From the NCBI GenBank assembly GCA_033853375.1, contig JAWOLO010000211.1:266-64265 (forward strand): 64,000 nt of DNA, read 5' to 3'. The position numbers and the translations under genes were made by a program. The DNA comes from Terriglobia bacterium. Its GTDB lineage: Bacteria; Acidobacteriota; Terriglobia; Acidiferrales; UBA7541. Under the pieces are notes generated by a model. That model was given only the letters and a program-made list of their open reading frames with translations. It made no database searches and had not been told where the DNA came from. Below, piece by piece: positions 1 through 8,052 of the stretch. Position 1 is the stretch's first letter. Each line of letters opens with the position of its first letter.

Positions 1-815
1 ACATCAGCATGGGACTCGGCACGGAAAACATTGCGCGCAAATTTGGTATCACCCGCGAGCAAGCCGATGAATTTTCCCTGAACTCGCACAAGAAAGCGCT
101 CGCCGCCATCTCCGCCGGAAAATTCAAAGACGAAACCATCCCCGTCGAAGTGAAAATCACATCGCTGCCCAACGGCAACGGCTCATCCGGTTCTTCTGGG
201 GCGCCCCATCCTTCGCGCGGGGTTGGCGCGAAGGGTGGGCCGGTCAAACCGACGACACAAACGTTTACTTTTTCAACGGACGAAGGGCCGCGCGCAGACA
301 CTTCGCTCGAAGCGCTGGCAAAACTCAAGCCCGCATTCCACATCAAAGGCACTGTGACAGCGGGAAATAGTTCGCAGATGAGCGACGGCGCGGCAGCAGC
401 GGTAGTGATGAGCGATACACGCGCGAAATCGCTGGGCGCAAAACCGCTTGCGCGCTTTGTGGCTTATGCCACCGCCGGAGTTCTTCCGGAAGAATTCGGC
501 ATTGGCCCGGTTGCCGCGATTCCCAAAGCCTTGAAGCTCGCAGGCCTTTCATTGAACGACATCGCCATCATCGAGCTCAACGAAGCGTTTGCTGCGCAGT
601 CGCTTGCCGTCATTCAGCAAGCTGGGCTCGATCCCACGAAGGTCAACCCCAATGGCGGTGCCATCGCCCTCGGCCATCCGCTCGGCTGCACCGGAGCGAA
701 ACTCACCGCCAGCGTCATTCGTGAATTACAGCGCCGCAACGCGCGTTACGGCATGGTGACCATGTGCATTGGCGGCGGCATGGGCGCCGCCGGCATCCTC
801 GAACGCCTCGCATAA
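1..815 (+). CDS. Acetyl-CoA acyltransferase (thiolase), 5'-truncated by window edge
   Basis: [32 protein letters not shown] and CIGGGMG thiolase motifs. Confidence 0.95.
   Translation, partial: ISMGLGTENIARKFGITREQADEFSLNSHKKALAAISAGKFKDETIPVEVKITSLPNGNGSSGSSGAPHPSRGVGAKGGPVKPTTQTFTFSTDEGPRADTSLEALAKLKPAFHIKGTVTAGNSSQMSDGAAAAVVMSDTRAKSLGAKPLARFVAYATAGVLPEEFGIGPVAAIPKALKLAGLSLNDIAIIELNEAFAAQSLAVIQQAGLDPTKVNPNGGAIALGHPLGCTGAKLTASVIRELQRRNARYGMVTMCIGGGMGAAGILERLA
198..239. repeat. REP-like palindrome lying in frame within the thiolase CDS
   Basis: Stem CCCATCCTTCGCGC (205-218) / GCGCGAAGGGTGGG (226-239) with one G-T pair; encodes [14 protein letters not shown]. Confidence 0.7.
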
Positions 816-840
816 AATTCACCATGTGTAACCACCCACG

Positions 841-867
841 TGTCATCCCGAGCGCAGCGAGGAATCT
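841..867 (+). repeat. REP-like repeat, TGTCATCC(C/T)GAGCG family
   Basis: TGTCATCCCGAGCGCAGCGAGGAATCT; related copies at 4218, 5315, 6101, 61441 and 62376. Confidence 0.85.
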
Positions 868-895
868 CTCTTATGCTCTTGTCCAGGGTAAGCTA

Positions 896-1633
896 ATGAA
901 AATTCTCCTTACTGGCGCTTTGCTTTCTCTCACATTTTCCCTCAACGCGCAGACGCCGCAGCCGGTTCCGCTCGCGCGGGGAAATACGCCCGGTGAACCG
1001 CATCATCACTTGAAAATTGAAAATGAATATGTCCGCGCGTACTACGTAGAAGTGCCGCCTCACCAAGCGACGCAGCTTCACCAGCACGATCACGACTATA
1101 TTTATGTTTCGCTCGGTACCGCGGATGTCGTCAACGCTATCCTCAACAAGCCCGAAATCCATCTTCAGCTCAAAGACGGCGAAACGCATTTCACGCGCGG
1201 CGGCTTCGCCCACATCGCCCGCAACCTTGCCGATACGCCCTTCCGCAACGTCACCATCGAACTGCTGAAGTCACAGGGTGATGCGCACAACCTATGCGCG
1301 CAAGTGATGATGAGCGATCCGCCCGGCCGGTGCGACAAATTAGTGGAACCTGAGGTTGCGTTAGAACCTCAATTCGATACTGCAGGATGTAGGCTCGAAG
1401 TGTGGAAGGTTAGTCCAAGAACGGATGTTACGCTTTACGCGAATAAGAAGGCTCATCTAATAGTTGTTCTGGATTCTGAAATCAGAGTCGCGGAAAAAGG
1501 CAAACCCCTAAAAACACTTCATGAAGGAGAGATGATTTGGACTGACGCGGCTACGGATGCGCAGCTCACAAACGAAAAGAGCAAAACTGGCAGTTTCTTG
1601 AATATAACGTTGAAGGACACTGCCGCGCCCTGA
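896..1633 (+). CDS. Secreted tandem cupin-fold protein
   Basis: Signal peptide MKILLTGALLSLTFSLNA; HQHDHDY and GFAH cupin motifs; ATG at 896. Confidence 0.75.
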   Translation: MKILLTGALLSLTFSLNAQTPQPVPLARGNTPGEPHHHLKIENEYVRAYYVEVPPHQATQLHQHDHDYIYVSLGTADVVNAILNKPEIHLQLKDGETHFTRGGFAHIARNLADTPFRNVTIELLKSQGDAHNLCAQVMMSDPPGRCDKLVEPEVALEPQFDTAGCRLEVWKVSPRTDVTLYANKKAHLIVVLDSEIRVAEKGKPLKTLHEGEMIWTDAATDAQLTNEKSKTGSFLNITLKDTAAP

Positions 1634-1657
1634 GTCCGGAACCCATTTTGCGCAAAG

Positions 1658-3253
1658 CTACAGGCCGAAGGCGTAGAGGACGCGGTCGGCGGCGACGGCG
1701 ATGCATTGGTGGCCATCAATGGTGAAGGAAATGGGATTGGCGGCAATGGCGCCGCCGGTCTGGAAGTCCCACAAGGGCTTTCCGGTGCGCGCATCGAGCG
1801 CGTAGAAATTGCCTTCGTCGGAACCGGAAAAAACCAAGCCGCCTGCGGTGGAGAGCACGCCGGACCATGGCGGCGAGTGCAGCTTGAATTCCCAGCGCAA
1901 CTCACCCGATTCGGCCTGCAGCGCTTTGATTGCGCCCCAGGCATCGTCCGGAGGCAGTTCATCTTCGCCCCCGCCAGGAAAGAACGTCCCGACCTTGTAG
2001 GGCGTGTCGCGCTTGAAGTACCGCGCGCCGATTTCGCGAGTAGCCACGTAGACGAAACCCGTCTGCGGGTCGTAGGAAGGACTAAACCAAACCGTCGCGC
2101 CATTCAGGTTGGGCCAGATGAGATTCCCTTCTTTGGATGGCTCATTATTTGCCGCGGGAATCGGGCGGCCTTTGGCGTCAAGACCCTTGGCCCAGGTTTG
2201 CTTTGCGTACGGCTTGCCCGCGATGAATTCGCCGGTAGTGCGATCGAGGACGTAATAAAACGCGTTGCGGTTGGCGACGGCGATGAGTTTGCGCTTTGCG
2301 CCACCGATTTGCGCGTCGAAAAGCATGGGCACGTGCGTGGCGTCCCAATCGTGCGTGTCGTGCGGCGAGAATTGGAAATACCAGCGCAGCTTTCCGGTGT
2401 CGGCATCAAGAGCGACGAACGAGCAGGTGTAGAGATTGTCGCCGGGGCGCACGTCACCATTCCAGTCGGGGCCGGGGTTGCCGACGCCCCAGTAGACAAG
2501 TTTTAACTCTGGATCGTAAGCACCCGTGACCCAGGTGGCGCCGCCGCCGGTTTTCCAGGCGTCGCCCGACCACGTGTCGTGGCCGGGTTCGCCGGGGCCG
2601 GGAATGGTCCAGAAGCGCCAGGCTTGCGCGCCGGTCTTGGCGTCGTAGGCATCGATGAATCCGCGAATACCGGCTTCGCCACCGCTGACGCCAACGACGA
2701 CTTTTCCGTCAATGGCGAGCGGCGCCATGGTCATGCTGTAGCCCAGCTTGTAGTCGAGCACTTTGGAGGACCAGCGCTCCACGCCGCTCTTCAGATCAAG
2801 AGCGACGAGATAACCGTCGAGAGTGGCGACAAAAAGTTTGTCGTCCAAAACCGCGGGACCGCGATTGGTGTTGCCAAAGCCTATGGAGTGGAAGTCGGAA
2901 GGAATGGGACGCGTCCAGCTCCAAAGCGAACGGCCCGTGCGGCCATCAAGAGCGGCGGCGGAGTTGGGCCCCGTGATGTAGAGGGTGCCGTCGATCACGA
3001 TGGGAGAAACTTCGGTCCGGGGGTCAGGAAATTGAAAAGCCCATTTGACTCTAAGCTGAGAAACATTTTGTGTGTTGATTTCCGTGAGCTGCGAAAATCG
3101 GTGGCCTTGCAAATCGCGCGAATAGCTGAGCCAGTTGCCGGGCTCTTTGTCGGCGTTGAGGATGCGTTCGAAGGGAACCTGCGCGAAAGCGGCGGAGCAG
3201 GAAAGAAGAAGTGGAGGAAGAAACATTGCCAGCTTTTGCTTCAGGCATTTCAT
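1658..3253 (-). CDS. PQQ-dependent alcohol dehydrogenase-like beta-propeller (acidobacterial quinoprotein)
   Basis: Signal peptide; GGGATW, YWGVGNPGPDW and HDTHDWDA motifs; repeated ALDAxTGKxxW tryptophan-docking motifs. Confidence 0.9.
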   Translation of the reverse strand: MKCLKQKLAMFLPPLLLSCSAAFAQVPFERILNADKEPGNWLSYSRDLQGHRFSQLTEINTQNVSQLRVKWAFQFPDPRTEVSPIVIDGTLYITGPNSAAALDGRTGRSLWSWTRPIPSDFHSIGFGNTNRGPAVLDDKLFVATLDGYLVALDLKSGVERWSSKVLDYKLGYSMTMAPLAIDGKVVVGVSGGEAGIRGFIDAYDAKTGAQAWRFWTIPGPGEPGHDTWSGDAWKTGGGATWVTGAYDPELKLVYWGVGNPGPDWNGDVRPGDNLYTCSFVALDADTGKLRWYFQFSPHDTHDWDATHVPMLFDAQIGGAKRKLIAVANRNAFYYVLDRTTGEFIAGKPYAKQTWAKGLDAKGRPIPAANNEPSKEGNLIWPNLNGATVWFSPSYDPQTGFVYVATREIGARYFKRDTPYKVGTFFPGGGEDELPPDDAWGAIKALQAESGELRWEFKLHSPPWSGVLSTAGGLVFSGSDEGNFYALDARTGKPLWDFQTGGAIAANPISFTIDGHQCIAVAADRVLYAFGL

Positions 3254-4047
3254 GGTTTGCCTCGCTGGGAAGACAAGAAATTGATCAGATCATCGAGTTC
3301 GGCGGCGGAAAGAACGGAGCCGTAGGCAGGCATCGGCGTTTCGCCGCGAAGTGTTTTCAAAGCGCGCAACTCGCTCTTGCGAAAACTGTAGAAGCGGCCT
3401 TGTTGATCCTTGAGTTGAATCGTGAACGTATCTTCATTAAGGCGGATGCCACGAACGCTCTGGCCGGAGTTGGTGATGGCCTCTACGAGAAGGAAATTTT
3501 CGGGAATGGTTTTGGCGGGATTTTGCAAAGTGCCGCGAAGGTGGGCCGAGCCGCGGCGCGCGCCAACATCGGTGAGATCTGGGCCGAAGCCGGAGCCTTC
3601 GCCATTCAGGATGTGGCACGCGGAGCAGCCGCTGCGGGCATAAATTGCTTTTCCGCGGAGAGGATCGCCTGGGAGAATTTCCGGCGGGACATTGCCAAGG
3701 TTGCGAACGTAAGCGGCGACGCCGGCAATGTCCTCTTTCGACAGATACCAGCCCTCGGGCATGTCAGGGGCAATGCCATTTTCGATGACGGACTTGAGAG
3801 CTTCGTCGTCCGCAGCGTGAGTGAGCTTGGGCCGGCGAAGCGACGGACCGCGGCCACCGCCGCCCTCCATTCCATGACAGAGAGCGCAGTGGCCTTCGAA
3901 GATGAGTTTGCCTGCGGCAAGATCCGGTTGGGGAGGGGCCACGGCTTGCGGGGGAGGAGATTGGGCAGCAGCCTGAGATGGAAATGCACTGCTGGCCGGA
4001 GCAACGCACAGAACTAGGAAGAAAATGATTGCAACGAGCGCGCGCAT
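3250..4047 (-). CDS. Dihaem c-type cytochrome (putative heme-binding domain protein)
   Basis: CALCH and CSACH; GPDLTDVG; C-terminal MPAY; stop overlaps the dehydrogenase start (ATGA). Confidence 0.9.
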   Translation of the reverse strand: MRALVAIIFFLVLCVAPASSAFPSQAAAQSPPPQAVAPPQPDLAAGKLIFEGHCALCHGMEGGGGRGPSLRRPKLTHAADDEALKSVIENGIAPDMPEGWYLSKEDIAGVAAYVRNLGNVPPEILPGDPLRGKAIYARSGCSACHILNGEGSGFGPDLTDVGARRGSAHLRGTLQNPAKTIPENFLLVEAITNSGQSVRGIRLNEDTFTIQLKDQQGRFYSFRKSELRALKTLRGETPMPAYGSVLSAAELDDLINFLSSQRGKP

Positions 4048-4217
4048 AAGAGCCTCGCAGTGAGTCGCGACCGCAATGGAGTGATGCGTGGAGGAAAGAC
4101 TAGCTGTCGAACTTTGGACTGTCAATCGGCAGACACAAATCACCTCGTGATTAGAATGAGGTCGGGGGCCGGCGTTGTAGATAAAGTTGAGGACTAAAAA
4201 GTGCTGAAATCACGCCA

Positions 4218-4244
4218 GGATTCCTCGCTTCGCTCGGAATGACA
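4218..4244 (-). repeat. REP-like repeat
   Basis: Reverse strand TGTCATTCCGAGCGAAGCGAGGAATCC. Confidence 0.85.
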
Positions 4245-4333
4245 TCTGAGAGATTGCGCATCGTTTGGAAAGTGCCCATGGCATGTGTCACAAGCAGGGA
4301 TGGGATTGGTGCCGAGTCGGCACATTTTTTGCC

Positions 4334-4382
4334 TTGACTGGTGTCAAAGAATTGTGGAATATGGCGTTACGCGACATGTCGC
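4334..4382. promoter_or_regulatory. Candidate operator palindromes upstream of padR
   Basis: TTGAC-TGGT-GTCAA (4334-4347) and GCGACATGTCGC (4371-4382). Confidence 0.4.
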
Positions 4383-4392
4383 CGGAGAACAT

Positions 4393-4707
4393 ATGGAGAT
4401 TAGCGAGCCGGTCCTGCTGATCCTGCTGAGCCTAGCGGAACAACCCCGCCACGGCTACGCGATCCTGCAGGACACGGAGAGGATGAGCGAGGGGCGCGTG
4501 CGCCTGAGCACGGGCACTTTGTACGGGGCGCTGCGCCGCTTGCTCGAGGAAAAGTGGATCGAGCGTTTCAAGGAACAAGACCATTCGCGAGGCAAACAGG
4601 CTTACCGGCTTACGGCGACGGGGCGCCGCAACCTGCAAATGGAAGTGGCGCGGTTGAAAACCCTCACGCGGGTGGCCAGCCTGCGCGTGGCGCGGAAGGA
4701 GACCTAG
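4393..4707 (+). CDS. PadR-family transcriptional regulator
   Basis: HGYAI, STGTLYGALRRL and YRLTATGR motifs; GGAG RBS. Confidence 0.92.
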   Translation: MEISEPVLLILLSLAEQPRHGYAILQDTERMSEGRVRLSTGTLYGALRRLLEEKWIERFKEQDHSRGKQAYRLTATGRRNLQMEVARLKTLTRVASLRVARKET

Positions 4708-4709
4708 CC

Positions 4710-5264
4710 GTGCTGGACCTCTGCCGGTCTCTTTTGAACCTCTATCCTCGCGCCTACCTTTACGAATATGGCGAAGAGATGCTCGAGGTTCTGTCGGAAG
4801 TACATGCGGAAATTCGAAGAAGGGGTGAACTGGCGCGGATTGTCTGCGGAGTACATGAGGCTGGCGGGTTGCTCTACGGCGCGCTTCAAGAGCATTTGAG
4901 GAGCATCACGGGTTCCTATGACCACGGGATATTTTCATCTGCATTTTCACGAAGGAGGTTCGCGATGCGCTCAGAATTCCGGTTTCCGAAGGCTACAGTG
5001 GGACTGATGGTGGCCATCTTGGCTGCGGTGATGTGGACCATTGAAAAGGCCAAGGCAATATCGGCCTCCGTACCTCACGCAAATCCGCCGGTCGGCCCCA
5101 TTCAGCCAGAACAATACACAATAGTGGAGACGTTACTGGTCGCTTTGATCTGGGGAATTGTTGCTGGAGCGATCGGCTGGGCGATTCTATTTGCGCTGCG
5201 GCGTTCGGGCGTTCACCACCTTTCGGAAATGAATCCTTCCGCTGGCCAGCGCGGGAGCAAGTGA
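4710..5264 (+). CDS. PadR-associated membrane protein
   Basis: LLNLYPRAYLYEYGEEM N-terminal motif typical of PadR partners; two TM segments; GTG start inferred. Confidence 0.7.
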   Translation: MLDLCRSLLNLYPRAYLYEYGEEMLEVLSEVHAEIRRRGELARIVCGVHEAGGLLYGALQEHLRSITGSYDHGIFSSAFSRRRFAMRSEFRFPKATVGLMVAILAAVMWTIEKAKAISASVPHANPPVGPIQPEQYTIVETLLVALIWGIVAGAIGWAILFALRRSGVHHLSEMNPSAGQRGSK

Positions 5265-5314
5265 ACGGCTCGCGGTTCTCCCATTGGCCAGGGACAAAAG
5301 TTGAGACCAAGCCA

Positions 5315-5353
5315 GGATCCTTCGGCCGCAAAGTTCGCGGCCTCAGGATGACA
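5315..5353 (-). repeat. REP-like repeat (long-loop variant)
   Basis: Reverse strand TGTCATCCTGAGGCCGCGAACTTTGCGGCCGAAGGATCC. Confidence 0.8.
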
Positions 5354-5403
5354 AGTTCATGGTGGTTTGGTCGATACAATTTGCCTAGCCGGAGAAATGT
5401 AGG

Positions 5404-5889
5404 CTAAGGCTTGGTTTTCCATAGACCGACGGTGTTGCCTTCGGGATCTTGCATCCAGGCGAAAGTGCCGGTAGGGATGTCCACGGGCGGAACGAGGGTC
5501 TTCGCGCCTAGAGCTTTCGCTTTCTCCAGATAGCCAGCAACGTCATCGACGCTTACGTAGAAAATGGTGTAGTGCTCCGGTTCATGACCGAGCGCAGTCA
5601 TATGGCCGCCGATGCCGCCGGTTTCCGCAGCGATCATGGCGGCAGGGCCCATCGCGTCGATTTTCCAGTCGAAGAGCTTTTTGTAGAACTCCTGGGTTTT
5701 CGCGATGTCCCTGCAGCCAATTTCGAAATGCACGACCGGGTGCGGCATGGGTTGGCCTCCTGTTTGATGGTCCTTCTGCTCGGGGGAAATGCGATTTTCG
5801 TGTTCCGGCAACTCCGGCTGCGGCAACGAGGGGAAAGTCAGCGCGGCAGCGGTGCCGGCAGTCACGTTGATGAAGGTTCGCCTCCGCAT
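5404..5889 (-). CDS. VOC/glyoxalase-family protein (core starts at 5748; optional Tat-like leader from 5889)
   Basis: VVHFEIG, FYKKLFDW and DPEGNTVGLW motifs. Confidence 0.85.
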   Translation of the reverse strand: MRRRTFINVTAGTAAALTFPSLPQPELPEHENRISPEQKDHQTGGQPMPHPVVHFEIGCRDIAKTQEFYKKLFDWKIDAMGPAAMIAAETGGIGGHMTALGHEPEHYTIFYVSVDDVAGYLEKAKALGAKTLVPPVDIPTGTFAWMQDPEGNTVGLWKTKP

Positions 5890-6017
5890 GGTTCGCTCCG
5901 CTCGCGAGAAATGATGAGGCGCACTGTAGCACATACATCGAGAATCTGTATTAAGCAGAATTCTGCATGAGGAAAGCCTTGAACCTTGCCAAGTATTAGA
6001 GTGACGCAAGCCGTCGG

Positions 6018-6048
6018 AAAAGCGGCAGCAAGGCTGCCGCACTCCAAA
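6018..6048 (-). repeat. Second REP-like family (TGGAGTGCGGC...GCCGCTTT)
   Basis: Contains AAAGCGGCAGCAAGGCTGCCGCACTCCAAA; stem GCGGCAGC/GCTGCCGC. Confidence 0.65.
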
Positions 6049-6100
6049 AGGGTTCTTCGAAATATATTTTTGTGGGGCGCGGCGCGCCTTGGATCGGTTG

Positions 6101-6127
6101 AGATCCTTCGCTTCGCTCAGGATGACA
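6101..6127 (-). repeat. REP-like repeat
   Basis: Reverse strand TGTCATCCTGAGCGAAGCGAAGGATCT. Confidence 0.85.
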
Positions 6128-6146
6128 TTAGCGGCAGAAGCCACGG

Positions 6147-7751
6147 CTAGTTGGCGGCGTAGCGGCGGAAGAAGGAATCTTTATGCCACTCCGGACGCGC
6201 GTCAGCGTTCGCGGTTTCGATCAACAAGCGACGCGTGAATTCCTCGTATCTGGCGGCGGTTTGCAAATCCACGGGCTGATTCACGTCATCCGAAGGCGCG
6301 TGGTAGCGGTTCGTGAGCCAATCCTTGAAAATTTTCTGTTCTGGTGTGCCGAGCTCAAAGCCGACGTCGGCTTTGACTGATGGAACACCCTTCTTGATGA
6401 AACTGTACTGATCGCTGCGGATGAAGCGATTGCGCAGCGGCTCGGGGTCGGCGATAGGCTTGATTCCCATAGATTGCGCAATGGCAGCAGCGTGCGCGCC
6501 GAGGTCGGACTCGTCGATGCCTTGAATGGTCAGGATTTTCAGCGGAACGATAGGAAGAAACATGTCCATGTTGATGTCCGCGATGATGGACTTCAGCGGA
6601 ACGGTAGGGTGCGCGGCAAAATATTTGGAGCCGAGCAGGCCTTTTTCTTCGGCGGTGACGAGAAGGAAGAGAGTCGAGCGCTTCGTTTCCTCAGGATGCG
6701 CCTTCAAGTTTGCCGCCACATCCAGAACGGCCGCACTGCCGGAGCCGTCATCCATCGCGCCATTGTAAATGCGGTCACCATTGATCGGCGCGCCGATGCC
6801 TACGTGATCGATGTGCGCGGAGAGGACGACGTATTCGTCTTTTAGCCTGGGATCAGAGCCGGGGAGTTTGGCAACGATGTTGGCGGACTCGACTGGAGTG
6901 GTTTCGATGGCGGCTTTGGCGCTGACCAAAACGGCCAAGGAAAAATGCGGAAGCGGCTTGCGGTCTTTGCCGAGTTCGGCGATTTCCGCAAAGGTGTGGC
7001 CCGAACCAGCGAACAGTTTCTCCGCAGAAGCGGGATTAAACGCGACGCCGAGTTGCAAGCCGGGAGTTTCGTTGAACTCGGAACCGGCGAGGTCCATGGA
7101 AGGTTCATTGTGGTTTGCGGAGATGCGCGACCAGGGAATGTCCATGGACGCGGGATTGAAAATGGTGACCATGCCGATGGCGCCGGCAGCGTGCAGGGCC
7201 TTCCAGCGCTCGCCGGCAGTTTGATAGTGTGCAGCGAGAGCCGTAGGGATGTCGGCCGGCGAACCGGCGAGGTAGACCGCGACTTTGCCGATCAAATCGA
7301 GACCGGCGAGTTCGTCGAGATTTTTTTCAGGGATTTTCAGACCGTAGCCGACGAAAACCATGGGCGCTTCGAGATAGACGGTAGCGTGCGTGGAGCGGGA
7401 GCTGATGAACGCATCGTCGGCGAAAGAGAGAGGCTCGGCTTTGCCTTTGGAAACGAGCGCGAGGGAGGATTTAGATTCATCGACCTGGAATTGATTGAAT
7501 TTGACGGGCTGATAGAAGCCGTTGACTCCCGCTGGCTCGAGGCCGGCTTTCTGGAGCTGCTCCACGGCATAAGCCTCGGCTTTTTTGAGGCCCTCGCTGC
7601 CGGTATTGCGGCCTTCGAGCGAATCGTCGGCGAGATATTTCACGTGCGCCCACCAGGAATTGCCGTCGAAATGGGAGGCGGGCGAAATTTGCTGGGCCAC
7701 AGCGGCCACAGCAAGTACAAGCAAAAACACGAGCAAAAAAGATTTGCGCAT
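6147..7751 (-). CDS. Secreted M28-family metallopeptidase with PA domain
   Basis: SAHIDH, GAMDDGSG, AEEKGLLGS, NMDM, RSDQYSF and YHAPSD motifs. Confidence 0.93.
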   Translation of the reverse strand: MRKSFLLVFLLVLAVAAVAQQISPASHFDGNSWWAHVKYLADDSLEGRNTGSEGLKKAEAYAVEQLQKAGLEPAGVNGFYQPVKFNQFQVDESKSSLALVSKGKAEPLSFADDAFISSRSTHATVYLEAPMVFVGYGLKIPEKNLDELAGLDLIGKVAVYLAGSPADIPTALAAHYQTAGERWKALHAAGAIGMVTIFNPASMDIPWSRISANHNEPSMDLAGSEFNETPGLQLGVAFNPASAEKLFAGSGHTFAEIAELGKDRKPLPHFSLAVLVSAKAAIETTPVESANIVAKLPGSDPRLKDEYVVLSAHIDHVGIGAPINGDRIYNGAMDDGSGSAAVLDVAANLKAHPEETKRSTLFLLVTAEEKGLLGSKYFAAHPTVPLKSIIADINMDMFLPIVPLKILTIQGIDESDLGAHAAAIAQSMGIKPIADPEPLRNRFIRSDQYSFIKKGVPSVKADVGFELGTPEQKIFKDWLTNRYHAPSDDVNQPVDLQTAARYEEFTRRLLIETANADARPEWHKDSFFRRYAAN

Positions 7752-8052
7752 GAAATTCACCTCAGAACGACTTGGGGATATGAGGATAACAGGCACGAAG
7801 GGGCCGAGTCACGCGAGGCAGGGCCCTCACTTCACAACACATAATAGAGGCAAAAACTCAACCCAAGAAGAAAATCTGACTTAAGTCACGCAGAGCCCGA
7901 AACTGATGCGACACGCGCAAGTTAACGGTGTTTACTGGGCGACGGAGCGGGAGTAAGATGAGGAAAGTGAAATGCATTTGTTGCGTTGTGCGCTCCCACT
8001 CGCCTTCGAGTAAAAACGCAGTAACAAAGACTTCCCGCTAGGAGACACTACG

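Noticed and set aside
764-895. N-terminal extension of the cupin ORF
   Set aside because: It overlaps the thiolase end and reads through a REP repeat (VIPSAARNL); the signal peptide starts at 896
5890-6144. N-terminal extension of the VOC ORF
   Set aside because: It is the translation of two REP repeats (VILSEAKDL, GVRQPCCRF)
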